A stretch of DNA of 32,000 bases, taken from Ruminococcus albus 7 = DSM 20455. Its GTDB lineage: Bacteria; Bacillota; Clostridia; Oscillospirales; Ruminococcaceae. The number at the start of each line of letters is the position of its first letter. The stretch's first letter is position 1. Under the pieces are notes generated by a model. That model was not told where the DNA came from. It was given only the letters and a program-made list of their open reading frames with translations, and made no database searches. The position numbers and the translations under genes were made by a program. This document shows, in pieces, positions 23,200 through 31,374 of the stretch. The stretch is taken from assembly GCF_000179635.2 (NCBI RefSeq), contig NC_014833.1:3480001-3512000 (forward strand). The letters run 5' to 3'.

Positions 23200-23220
23200 T
23201 GACCCCACGGAGGTAATATT

Positions 23221-24060
23221 ATGAGACTTATGCAATTCCAGATAGATGATATCATCAAGACAGCACTGCTGGAGGATATCAATTATATTGACGTTACTAC
23301 AGACCTGCTGGTAAGCGATGATGCTGTCAGCACTGCCAAGTATGTTTCCAAAGACGAGGGTATCCTCTGCGGAATAGAAGTTGCGCTGAGAGTATTCAAG
23401 CTGCTGGATGACAGAGTATCATTCCGCATTTTCATACATGACGGTGAAGTTGTACAGAAAGGTGATATCATAGCTGAGATAACAGGCCCCACAAGGGCAC
23501 TGCTGAAAGGTGAGCGCACTGCGCTGAATCTGGTGCAGCATATGTCGGGCATCGCTACAGCTACCAATAAGTGTGTACAGCTTATCGAGGGCACAAAGGC
23601 AAGCGTTGCCGATACAAGAAAGACTCTCCCGGGACTCAGGGCTATACAGAAGTATGCAGTGACCGTGGGCGGCGGTAAGAATCACCGCTATAATCTCTCC
23701 GACTGTGCTATGCTGAAAGATACTCATCTTGATGCTTACGGCAGCATGACAGGCGCTGTCAACGCACTGCGCGAAAAAGCAGGTCATACTGTCAAGATAG
23801 AAGTCGAAGTTGCCGATATGGATATGCTTAAAGAAGCCCTTGACCTCGGTGTTGAGATAATCATGCTGGATAATATGTCCAACGAGGAAATGGCAGAAGC
23901 CGTTAAGCTGACAAACGGCAGGGCACTGCTGGAAGCTTCCGGCAACGTCACCGAAAAAACTATCCGCGGCATAGCTGAAACAGGTGTTGATATAATCTCT
24001 CTTGGTGCACTGACTCACTCTGTCAAGGCATTCGATATCTCCATGAAGATGGTGAAATGA
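23221..24060 (+). CDS. nadC: Nicotinate-nucleotide diphosphorylase (carboxylating), also called quinolinate phosphoribosyltransferase
   Basis: GERTALN, DTRKT.PGLR, NHR, IMLDNM and EASGN motifs are present. It lies directly downstream of nadB. Confidence 0.92.
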   Translation: MRLMQFQIDDIIKTALLEDINYIDVTTDLLVSDDAVSTAKYVSKDEGILCGIEVALRVFKLLDDRVSFRIFIHDGEVVQKGDIIAEITGPTRALLKGERTALNLVQHMSGIATATNKCVQLIEGTKASVADTRKTLPGLRAIQKYAVTVGGGKNHRYNLSDCAMLKDTHLDAYGSMTGAVNALREKAGHTVKIEVEVADMDMLKEALDLGVEIIMLDNMSNEEMAEAVKLTNGRALLEASGNVTEKTIRGIAETGVDIISLGALTHSVKAFDISMKMVK

Positions 24061-24061
24061 T

Positions 24062-24111
24062 ACTGCAAAATGCAACCTGTTGTTGCGGGATCTCAAAGTA
24101 TAGTTGGTAGA
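24062..24111 (+). repeat. Copy A of a roughly 45-50 nt intergenic element shared by the two DUF3592 upstream regions
   Basis: ACTGCAA..TGCAAC-ctgtt-GTTGCG..AT..AAA.T.TAGTTGGTAGA. Compare 24776-24818. Confidence 0.5.
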
Positions 24112-24247
24112 TTTTTGCCGTCAAACGTGATATTATTAAAATATGATCAGAACTACGCAAACGACATAAACACACGATTTATGTCGTTTGCTGTATATTG
24201 AGGCATAATATACAGACATATCACTGATCAAAACGGAGGACTGTCAA

Positions 24248-24775
24248 ATGAACATGAATGTAAATACTTCATTCCACGTAAACGGCACAAGCAGAAATGT
24301 TTCATCCGCATTCGTTATAAGTTTAGTAATGGCGATATTCATACTGATAGGCGGTATATTCAGTACAGTAGGTATCATTATAGGCAAAAGCATCGAGAAA
24401 ACAAAGGCACGATGCACCGTCCCCATCGAAGCGTATGTCATCAGCTACAAATATAATGAAGACGGTCTGACTTCACCGGTCTACAGCTATAAGTTTGAGG
24501 GCGCAGACTACGAATTCTCAACGAATTCTTATTCAAATCACCCTCCCTATAATGTCGGCGATAATGCAGAGATCATGATAGACCCAGATTCTCCGAATAA
24601 AGCATTTGTACCAGCAGATAAAACCACTGCTTTTGTAGCAACTCTTTTCAAGTACATGGGATTGGGTTTTGTGGGTGTCGGTATTATAGTGATACTTGTG
24701 GGGCTGTTCCTTTCTCACCTCGGTAAAAAGCAGGAACAGAACGACGATATCAGCAAATATGAACAGTGGCAGTAA
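24248..24775 (+). CDS. DUF3592-like membrane protein
   Basis: It has the architecture TM - beta-rich domain of about 80 aa (VYSYKFEGADYEFSTNSYSN..YNVGD) - TM, which is typical of DUF3592. An RBS ACGGAGGA lies upstream. Confidence 0.75.
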   Translation: MNMNVNTSFHVNGTSRNVSSAFVISLVMAIFILIGGIFSTVGIIIGKSIEKTKARCTVPIEAYVISYKYNEDGLTSPVYSYKFEGADYEFSTNSYSNHPPYNVGDNAEIMIDPDSPNKAFVPADKTTAFVATLFKYMGLGFVGVGIIVILVGLFLSHLGKKQEQNDDISKYEQWQ

Positions 24776-24818
24776 ACTGCAACTTTTCGTTGCGAAATTG
24801 TAAATTTTAGTTGGTGGA
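24776..24818 (+). repeat. Copy B of the shared intergenic element
   Basis: ACTGCAAC-ttttc-GTTGCGAAATTGTAAATTTTAGTTGGTGGA starts immediately after the upstream stop codon, as copy A does. Confidence 0.5.
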
Positions 24819-24889
24819 AAAAGGCACAGGAAAGTGCTAATATATGTGTATAGAAAAAACCATGTACAACAAAACGGAGGTAGAAGAAA

Positions 24890-25756
24890 ATGGCAATAAG
24901 AAGAAATACTAAGTCAAGTCCCGGATTTATGATATTCTTTGGTTTGATATGGGTGATAATCGCACTTGTTATGTTCTATACCAGCAGCGTCACAAGAAAT
25001 ATGCATAAGCGCTGTACTGAATCCACAACCGGTGTGGTCCAGTCTGTAAGTTCGGAGCGCAGGACTAGAAAATCAGGTAAACACCGCAGAGTAACTTACT
25101 ACGTTTATAGGACAAACTATGCGTTTGATGCAGATAACAAAACCGTTTACGGTACTTCAACTCTCAGCGCATCCGAGAGACTCGAAACAGGCTCTACCCT
25201 TGCTGTAAAATACAATCCTTCAAATCCCGAAAAGGAGCATTATACAAGATACGATGAAAACGGCAAAGGCGGTATGATCGTATCAGGATTCTTTGGGGTT
25301 ATAGGACTTATCGTTGTCATCAGCGGGATCAGCCAGAAAGCAAAGTCAGGCGGTTCCGGTTTTAGCAGAGCTGCAGCAGGCACAGGCGTTTTACTGAATG
25401 GCATGAACAACAATAGCAACTACAATTACAACACCTATAACAGCAACGGTTATAATAACGGCTACAACAATAATAACTACAACAACGGTTATAACAATAA
25501 TTATAATAACGACTATAACAACAATAACTACAACAACGGTTATAACAATAATTATAATAACGACTATAACAACAATAGCTATAATAACGGCTATAACAGC
25601 AATAACTACAACAACGGTTATAACAATAGCTATAATAACGACTATAACAACAATAACTACAACAATGGTTATAACAGTAATTATAATAACGGCTATGACA
25701 ATAACAACGTATACAGCGGAGGGAACGACTACAACGACTTCAATCAGCTGAACTGA
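24890..25756 (+). CDS. DUF3592-like membrane protein with a roughly 115-aa Asn/Tyr-rich low-complexity C-terminal tail
   Basis: It has the same TM - beta domain - TM layout (YYVYRTNYAFDADNKTVYGTS...LAVKYNPSNP). This is followed by (YNNGYNNNYNNDYNNNN)n. An RBS ACGGAGGT lies upstream. Confidence 0.75.
   Translation: MAIRRNTKSSPGFMIFFGLIWVIIALVMFYTSSVTRNMHKRCTESTTGVVQSVSSERRTRKSGKHRRVTYYVYRTNYAFDADNKTVYGTSTLSASERLETGSTLAVKYNPSNPEKEHYTRYDENGKGGMIVSGFFGVIGLIVVISGISQKAKSGGSGFSRAAAGTGVLLNGMNNNSNYNYNTYNSNGYNNGYNNNNYNNGYNNNYNNDYNNNNYNNGYNNNYNNDYNNNSYNNGYNSNNYNNGYNNSYNNDYNNNNYNNGYNSNYNNGYDNNNVYSGGNDYNDFNQLN
25406..25708 (+). repeat. Coding tandem repeat (51-nt / 17-codon period) made of AAC/AAT/TAC/TAT/GGY codons
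   Basis: AACTACAACAACGGTTATAAC recurs at 25475, 25526, 25604 and 25655. The spacings are 51, 78 and 51 nt. Confidence 0.85.
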
Positions 25757-25874
25757 TCTGTTTAGATTTCCAACTATCCTTCACCATATTATTGTAAACA
25801 TTTCGCACGGTACGGCTAAGCAGGCTGTACCGTGCCGAATGTCGTTATAAGAAAAAATTTAAGGAGGTATCGGC

Positions 25875-26666
25875 ATGGCATCGATCCTTGACGGTCAAAG
25901 ACAATTCCACATACAGACCTTACCCGATGAGGTAGGCAGATACGTTATTCTTCCGGGTGACCCGGGACGTGTACCTAAAATAGCCGCACTGCTGGACAAT
26001 GCTGTACAGGTGGCAAACAACCGGGAATACAATGTATACACAGGCACTCTCGACGGAGAAAAGGTCACGGTATGTTCAACGGGTATCGGCGGACCCTCCG
26101 CGGCGATAGCTGTTGAAGAACTTGCAAAATGCGGCGCAGATACGTTTATACGCATAGGCACCTGCGGCGGTATCGACCTGAAAATATGGGGCGGCGATCT
26201 GATAATAGCAAGCAGTGCCATACGCGCTGAGGGCACTTCATACGAATACCTGCCCATAGGCTACCCTGCTGCAGCGGATTATTCAGTAGTAAGGGCGCTT
26301 GCAGACAGCGCAGAAGAGCTTTCTGCGGATGAGAACGGCAAAAGGTATCACGTTGGAGTAGTACACTCAAAAGACAGCTTTTACGGTCAGGTTGAACCCG
26401 AACGTTCAGGAGTGGCAGACTATCTTCTGCCGCGCTGGAAAAGCTTTGTTAAATGCGGCTGTCTGTCCTCGGAAATGGAGTGTGCAGCCATATATTCCGT
26501 GGGCATGGTACTGGGAGTACGCTGCGGCGGCGTGCTCACCGCACTCTGGAACATGGAACGCTCCAAGCAGGGGCTGCCCGACACCATGACCGATGACAGT
26601 TCACGCGGCATAAAGTGCGCTGTTGAAGCCATACGCAAACTGATACATCAGGACAAGCATCAGTAA
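25875..26666 (+). CDS. udp: Uridine phosphorylase-like nucleoside phosphorylase (PNP/UDP-1 family)
   Basis: ILPGDPGRV, STGIGGPSAAIAVEEL, IRIGTCGG and EMECAA motifs are present. It is 263 aa, with an RBS AAGGAGGT. Confidence 0.8.
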   Translation: MASILDGQRQFHIQTLPDEVGRYVILPGDPGRVPKIAALLDNAVQVANNREYNVYTGTLDGEKVTVCSTGIGGPSAAIAVEELAKCGADTFIRIGTCGGIDLKIWGGDLIIASSAIRAEGTSYEYLPIGYPAAADYSVVRALADSAEELSADENGKRYHVGVVHSKDSFYGQVEPERSGVADYLLPRWKSFVKCGCLSSEMECAAIYSVGMVLGVRCGGVLTALWNMERSKQGLPDTMTDDSSRGIKCAVEAIRKLIHQDKHQ

Positions 26667-26895
26667 GCAAATGTTCCATGCGGGTCATTTGTTTACGCCA
26701 AGCAACTTAGGTTCTGTAAACCGCTATTTTCTGTGGTTTGTCAGCGGGATGACCACATTCTTTTATAATGTATCCACACTAAAGATCGTCGTTAATTCTC
26801 GACAATATAGCGAGATACGAATAGTATAAAATACTCAAAGAAATCATAAATACAAAAATCAATTTGTGATAAGTCGAAAAATGTCAAAATCAGGC

Positions 26896-26924
26896 TTGAC
26901 AAAAGGTTATTAATGTTTTATACT
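26896..26924 (+). promoter_or_regulatory. Sigma-A promoter for the zinc-ribbon protein gene
   Basis: TTGACA (26896-26901), a 17-nt spacer, then TATACT (26919-26924). Confidence 0.6.
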
Positions 26925-26994
26925 TATTGTGTACATTATGTTCAAATTTTAAAATTTGTAACAAGTATATTATGAAGAGCAGGAGGATAAAGTT

Positions 26995-29052
26995 ATGAAG
27001 TTTTGTGCTAAATGCGGTGCGCAAATGGAAGACGGAATGAAGTTCTGTGGTTCTTGCGGAGCTGTAGTTTCCGACGATGCCGCAACACAGCAGCCACAGT
27101 ATGGCCAGACACAGCCGTACAACAACTATGCACAGGGTGTAGCTGCTGCACCAAAGCAGCCTAATCAGACTGTACAGAAGATAGTGGCAAAGGTTAAGAA
27201 AAACCCACTGATCGCCATTATACCCTTAGCCGCACTTGTAGCAGTGATCGTGCTGATAATCGTTCTGGTAAATGTTACTAAGTATCAGAAGATCGATGCT
27301 AAGGAACTGTTCAGATTTGAATTCGAGGGTCTGAACAGCCATGGTACAGTAACAGGTGAGCTCAATGCATATCCCGCTGATGTGTATGACGATTATGACA
27401 AGATACTTGCGATGAGCAAGGATATGAAGAATCTCACCAATGTAGTTGATGCCGAGGACGCAGAATATCTTGCGAGACTTTTAGGCACAGATAAGAAGGT
27501 ATCTCCTTATCTGTCCCTCGATCCGGCAGAGCTGAAGAAGGTATGGACCAAGGCTAAAGACCCTGCAGAAATGGTTTCCATGAGAAAAGCACTTCTGCAG
27601 ACGAATTCCAAGAAAAATTTCACTATCAAAGCCAAGTTCAACAAGGAGAAGGATCTGAAGAACGGTGACAAGATAAAGGTAACTGTTGATTATGATGAGA
27701 AGGCTCTGAAAGATGCTAAGATCAAGCTCACTAATACCGAGTTTGAGATCGAGGTCAAGAACCTTGAGGACGGCATCGAGTTCGATCCTTTCGACAGCAA
27801 GTACCTGACTGTTTCTTTCGAGGGCGTTGACGGCAGCGGTTCCATGAATATGTCTACTACTTCGGATACACCCGAGGAAATAAGATATCAGAGCGACAAC
27901 AAGTATGACCGCAACCTGAAGAATGGTGACAAGGTAACTATCACCTGCTCTACTTACGATGAGCTGAAGCCCGCAGGTGATGCTTTCTACTTTGAGAGCG
28001 ACAATAAGTTCTACATTATTAAGAGTAAGGATGCTCTCACCAAGGAGATCGAAGTAACAGGTCTTACTGAGCTGAAGGAGATCGACGTATTTGAGAACAT
28101 CAAGTTCAAGTTCGAGAGAGGTACACCTTTCCTGGATGTTTCCCGCGTTGACAATGACGATATGGACAAGGTGATCGTTGATAACGTAAGCTTCTCTGTC
28201 CTGGACGGCGAAAACCTGAAAGTAGGCGACAAGTTCAAGGTAAAAGCTTATCCTTACAGCAGCCTGAGCGAAGAAGGCTACAAGATCAAGGGTGAGCCCG
28301 ATTCTGAAGGTTACTTCATAAAGGAATTCACTGTTGATGATACTATGCCTGCATACGTTACATCAGCTAACGGCCGTGCTGCTTATGAAAGCGCCGACTT
28401 CAAGGATATGATCGCTGACGAAGAGAGCGAGCTCAAGGAACACCTCCAGGGCAAGAGCTCAAGTTGGCTGTTCTATGATACTAACGTTGAATATGATGGC
28501 GATATCGAGAAGATAGAAAGCCTGACACTGAAAGACGTTTATGTTTCTTTCACAGACAAGAACAATTCCAGAAATATCAGTGACTATGTAAACAGAATAT
28601 ACGGTGTATATGATGTTAAGGTCAAGACAGACGGCGAAGAAAAGCAATCCGCATCCTTCATCGCAGTAGTATTTGCTGACAATATTATCTGTGACAACGG
28701 AAAGTTTATCAAGCAGTCCAGCTACAGCAGCTTCTCGTTCCACTTCTATGGTTCTATGGCTGACTTCAACAAGGAGATCAGCGGCAAGGAAGGCTACACA
28801 CTTACCAAGTGCGGCAGCTCAGGTGAAGTAAAGGATAAGCCTGACGATTCCAAGCCGGAAGAAACTACCACAACCACTACCGCTAAGCCCGAAAAGGACA
28901 ACAAGGACGACAGCAAGGTAGAAAAGACTGACGATTCCAAGGCTGAGGAGAAGGACGACTCCAAGGACAAGGAAAAGGAAACCAAGAAGGAAACTGAAAA
29001 GGCAACCGAAAAGGCAGAAGATAAACCTGCTGACGAGGAAAAAGCTTCCTGA
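26995..29052 (+). CDS. Zinc-ribbon membrane-anchored protein with a large extracytoplasmic region and a K/E/D/T-rich C-terminal tail
   Basis: It has an N-terminal CxxC-x12-CxxC (MKFCAKCGAQMEDGMKFCGSCGA), a Q-rich linker and a single TM (LIAIIPLAALVAVIVLIIVLV). Repeated xLKNGDK(I/V)xV segments follow. An RBS AGGAGGA lies upstream. Confidence 0.8.
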   Translation: MKFCAKCGAQMEDGMKFCGSCGAVVSDDAATQQPQYGQTQPYNNYAQGVAAAPKQPNQTVQKIVAKVKKNPLIAIIPLAALVAVIVLIIVLVNVTKYQKIDAKELFRFEFEGLNSHGTVTGELNAYPADVYDDYDKILAMSKDMKNLTNVVDAEDAEYLARLLGTDKKVSPYLSLDPAELKKVWTKAKDPAEMVSMRKALLQTNSKKNFTIKAKFNKEKDLKNGDKIKVTVDYDEKALKDAKIKLTNTEFEIEVKNLEDGIEFDPFDSKYLTVSFEGVDGSGSMNMSTTSDTPEEIRYQSDNKYDRNLKNGDKVTITCSTYDELKPAGDAFYFESDNKFYIIKSKDALTKEIEVTGLTELKEIDVFENIKFKFERGTPFLDVSRVDNDDMDKVIVDNVSFSVLDGENLKVGDKFKVKAYPYSSLSEEGYKIKGEPDSEGYFIKEFTVDDTMPAYVTSANGRAAYESADFKDMIADEESELKEHLQGKSSSWLFYDTNVEYDGDIEKIESLTLKDVYVSFTDKNNSRNISDYVNRIYGVYDVKVKTDGEEKQSASFIAVVFADNIICDNGKFIKQSSYSSFSFHFYGSMADFNKEISGKEGYTLTKCGSSGEVKDKPDDSKPEETTTTTTAKPEKDNKDDSKVEKTDDSKAEEKDDSKDKEKETKKETEKATEKAEDKPADEEKAS

Positions 29053-29152
29053 TAAAAATAATTACAGCCCCCTGATATATGAGCGGAACTGATATAGAAG
29101 TTTTCAGCCATAGTATTTCTGATTTACAGTCAGAAGTACTATGGCGTTTTTA

Positions 29153-29181
29153 TTGACAATGCAGCAATGTTATGCTATAAT
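29153..29181 (+). promoter_or_regulatory. Sigma-A promoter lying inside the 5' end of the tracked ORF 29141..30013
   Basis: TTGACA (29153-29158), a 17-nt spacer ending in TGC, then TATAAT (29176-29181). Confidence 0.6.
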
Positions 29182-29203
29182 TGTTACGAACATAAATCGG
29201 AAT

Positions 29204-30013
29204 ATGAGGAGGTATGATGTTTTGCACAGGCTTATAATAGTGGAAGGTTTACCTTGTTCGGGCAAAAGCACAACTTCAAAACATATTGCAAATAGTATTG
29301 GCGCAAAATTCTATGATGAAGGAAGCGGAGATCATCCGGCTGATTATGAATTTCATGCTTTTGTAAAACAAAGCGAATTTAGTAAATTTTCACCAGAAGA
29401 ACAGGTGCTGATAAAACAGGCTGCAGTTTCCGGACCCTACGGATATATTATCTCTCTGAAACATTTCAGCGGTGAGCTTTTTGATAAGCTTTTACAGTAC
29501 AAGATTTATGATTTTCTGCCTTGGGAAACTGAGAGTCCCATAATGCTTGACAAATGGAAAGAATTTATTGATGCGGTCAAACCGAATGAACGATATGTGT
29601 TTAACTGCGTATTATTGCAAAACCCAATGTGTGAAACAATGATGCGTTTCGGATTTGATACTCAAAAGTCATCAGAGTATATCAACAGCATATGTGAAAT
29701 CATAAGACCGCTGGATCCGTTTATTGTCTATCTTCATAACAATAAAATAAGAGATTCAATAGAAAAAACTGTTTCTGAACGTGGAACGGATTGGCTGAAC
29801 GGTGTTATAGACTATCATTGCAGCGGAGCTTATGGCAAAGCAGAACATTTGACGGGATTTGACGGCTATATAAAAGCACTGGAAGAACGTCAGCGCAGAG
29901 AAACAGAAATACTGCGTGGCTTGAATGTAAAATATATTATTATCAATGATCCCGATGAAAACTGGAACAAAACATACTCAAGAATAATTCAGGAACTAAA
30001 CACAGTAACGTAA
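29204..30013 (+). CDS. P-loop NTPase/kinase-like protein, family not recognised
   Basis: A Walker A motif (GLPCSGKST) sits near the N-terminus. The start is uncertain: the ATG at 29204 has no RBS, whereas the in-frame TTG at 29222 sits 9 nt after GAGGAGG and gives MHRLIIVEGLPCSGKST. Confidence 0.7.
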   Translation: MRRYDVLHRLIIVEGLPCSGKSTTSKHIANSIGAKFYDEGSGDHPADYEFHAFVKQSEFSKFSPEEQVLIKQAAVSGPYGYIISLKHFSGELFDKLLQYKIYDFLPWETESPIMLDKWKEFIDAVKPNERYVFNCVLLQNPMCETMMRFGFDTQKSSEYINSICEIIRPLDPFIVYLHNNKIRDSIEKTVSERGTDWLNGVIDYHCSGAYGKAEHLTGFDGYIKALEERQRRETEILRGLNVKYIIINDPDENWNKTYSRIIQELNTVT

Positions 30014-30049
30014 ATTCTGATTTATCTTAACAACCGTATAAAAAATAAT

Positions 30050-30077
30050 GCCCCTAAGCGCATAAACGCTTGGGGGC
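30050..30077. terminator. GC-rich hairpin downstream of the P-loop gene
   Basis: An 11-bp stem GCCCCTAAGCG-cataaa-CGCTTGGGGGC contains one T.G pair in the plus reading. An A-run lies upstream but no T-run follows on the plus strand. Confidence 0.45.
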
Positions 30078-30140
30078 AAAACTTCTATATGGGTATCCGT
30101 CTTAAAATCGGGGGGCTTTTCTTCTGTCTTTATATATACA

Positions 30141-30173
30141 AAAAAGGCGGAGAACAAGTGCTCTCCGCCTTTT
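30141..30173. terminator. Bidirectional intrinsic terminator
   Basis: AAAAA-GGCGGAGA-acaagtgc-TCTCCGCC-TTTT lies between convergent genes. Confidence 0.8.
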
Positions 30174-30187
30174 GATACTATCTGATA

Positions 30188-30946
30188 TCAGGAATAGTCA
30201 ACAACATCTATCCAGCGCATGAGAAGATCCTTCTCCTCTTCCCTGCCCTTTATGAGCTGTGCTGCAGCTACTATCGGCAGCCATGCCTGAACATACTGCT
30301 TTGAAGTACCGCTCTTCAGGCAGTACTTATCTAGGTATGCATCGGCAGTCACAGGATCACTGAGACAGAACAGCAGATATGTTCTGGCTACATCAGCAGA
30401 AGCGTTGCCCTGTCTTGCTGCAGACCAGTTGATAACGTATGTGCCCTCATCATTGATGATGACATTCTTAGGTGCAAAATTGCCGTGGCAAAGCTTGATG
30501 TGCTTAGGCATAGAATCAAGCCTTGTAAGCAGTTCATACTTCTTGATCTCATCAATAGCACCGAGTGACTTGATCTGACGTGCCATCTTATCCTTCAGCT
30601 TTGAGAGCAAGGGCATATACTGCGCGTGTATCTCCATCTGGATATCAATGAACTGATTGAGATAAGTATCCATTTTATCAGGATTTTCATCCATAAGCTG
30701 CTGGAGGGTCTTGCCCTTGATAAAATCAAAGGAGATAGCCCATTTGCCGTCTATAACGGATACCTCATGAAGCACAGGTGTCTTTATGAAGGAGTTGACC
30801 AGCGTAGTTTCGCATCTTGCGTGTGTAAGCGCCGCATAAAGGCATTTCTCTTTATATTCGGGCTTATTGTAAAGATTGATAGATTTTCCGTCGCATTCGT
30901 AGATGTCATAGATGTCGCCGTGAGCGATGAATTTTTTAAGTTCCAT
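30188..30946 (-). CDS. Aminoglycoside-phosphotransferase/choline-kinase-like (protein-kinase-like fold) protein with non-canonical catalytic residues
   Basis: The start is trimmed to MELKKF behind AAGGAGAG. The catalytic-loop-like segment CHGNFAPKNVII and the following YVINWSAAR align by eye to the APH motifs HGDxxxxN and IDW/IDF. Confidence 0.75.
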   Translation of the reverse strand: MELKKFIAHGDIYDIYECDGKSINLYNKPEYKEKCLYAALTHARCETTLVNSFIKTPVLHEVSVIDGKWAISFDFIKGKTLQQLMDENPDKMDTYLNQFIDIQMEIHAQYMPLLSKLKDKMARQIKSLGAIDEIKKYELLTRLDSMPKHIKLCHGNFAPKNVIINDEGTYVINWSAARQGNASADVARTYLLFCLSDPVTADAYLDKYCLKSGTSKQYVQAWLPIVAAAQLIKGREEEKDLLMRWIDVVDYS

Positions 30947-31313
30947 AGTAACTCTCCTTTTCAATAATTTCAATATTATCTGCCGTACTCACTTTTTTGA
31001 TGTACGATCAGTACAGTAATGGTGACGATCCTTTGTACTGTTTATATTATACTACAATCTGATTAGAATTTCAAGTCTTTTTCGTTATTTTCACAAACGT
31101 TTAGTTTTTGTTAATATTTATATGTGTGATTATTCATTTATTAGAGTGTTTTATGTCAAGAATTTATAAAACGCAATATGCGGGGTTGTGCATAATATCC
31201 ATATAGCATTATATATGCAACATATAAAATATGAAAAATCCCGATCAGAAATACAGGTCTGATCTGATGCGGAATGTAAGTGCAGGAAATATAATCACAT
31301 GGGAAATACATCG

Positions 31314-31342
31314 TTGACAAATCAGTTGTGTCATGGTAAAAT
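31314..31342 (+). promoter_or_regulatory. Sigma-A promoter for the third transglutaminase-like gene
   Basis: TTGACA (31314-31319), a 17-nt spacer ending in TGG, then TAAAAT (31337-31342). Confidence 0.6.
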
Positions 31343-31374
31343 ATAGGTATCTACACCTTTAAGGGGGCAGCAAA

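Noticed and set aside
105-24096. Long antisense ORFs opposite well-supported genes. Examples are 105..776(-), 4644..5339(+), 6908..7567(+), 8011..8583(+), 9561..9956(+), 10302..11153(-), 13655..14209(-), 21628..22173(-), 22294..22794(-) and 23419..24096(-)
   Set aside because: These are shadow ORFs on the strand opposite genes with clear family signatures. They have no RBS, and their composition is Cys/His/Tyr- or Ser/Arg-rich, as is typical of antisense frames.
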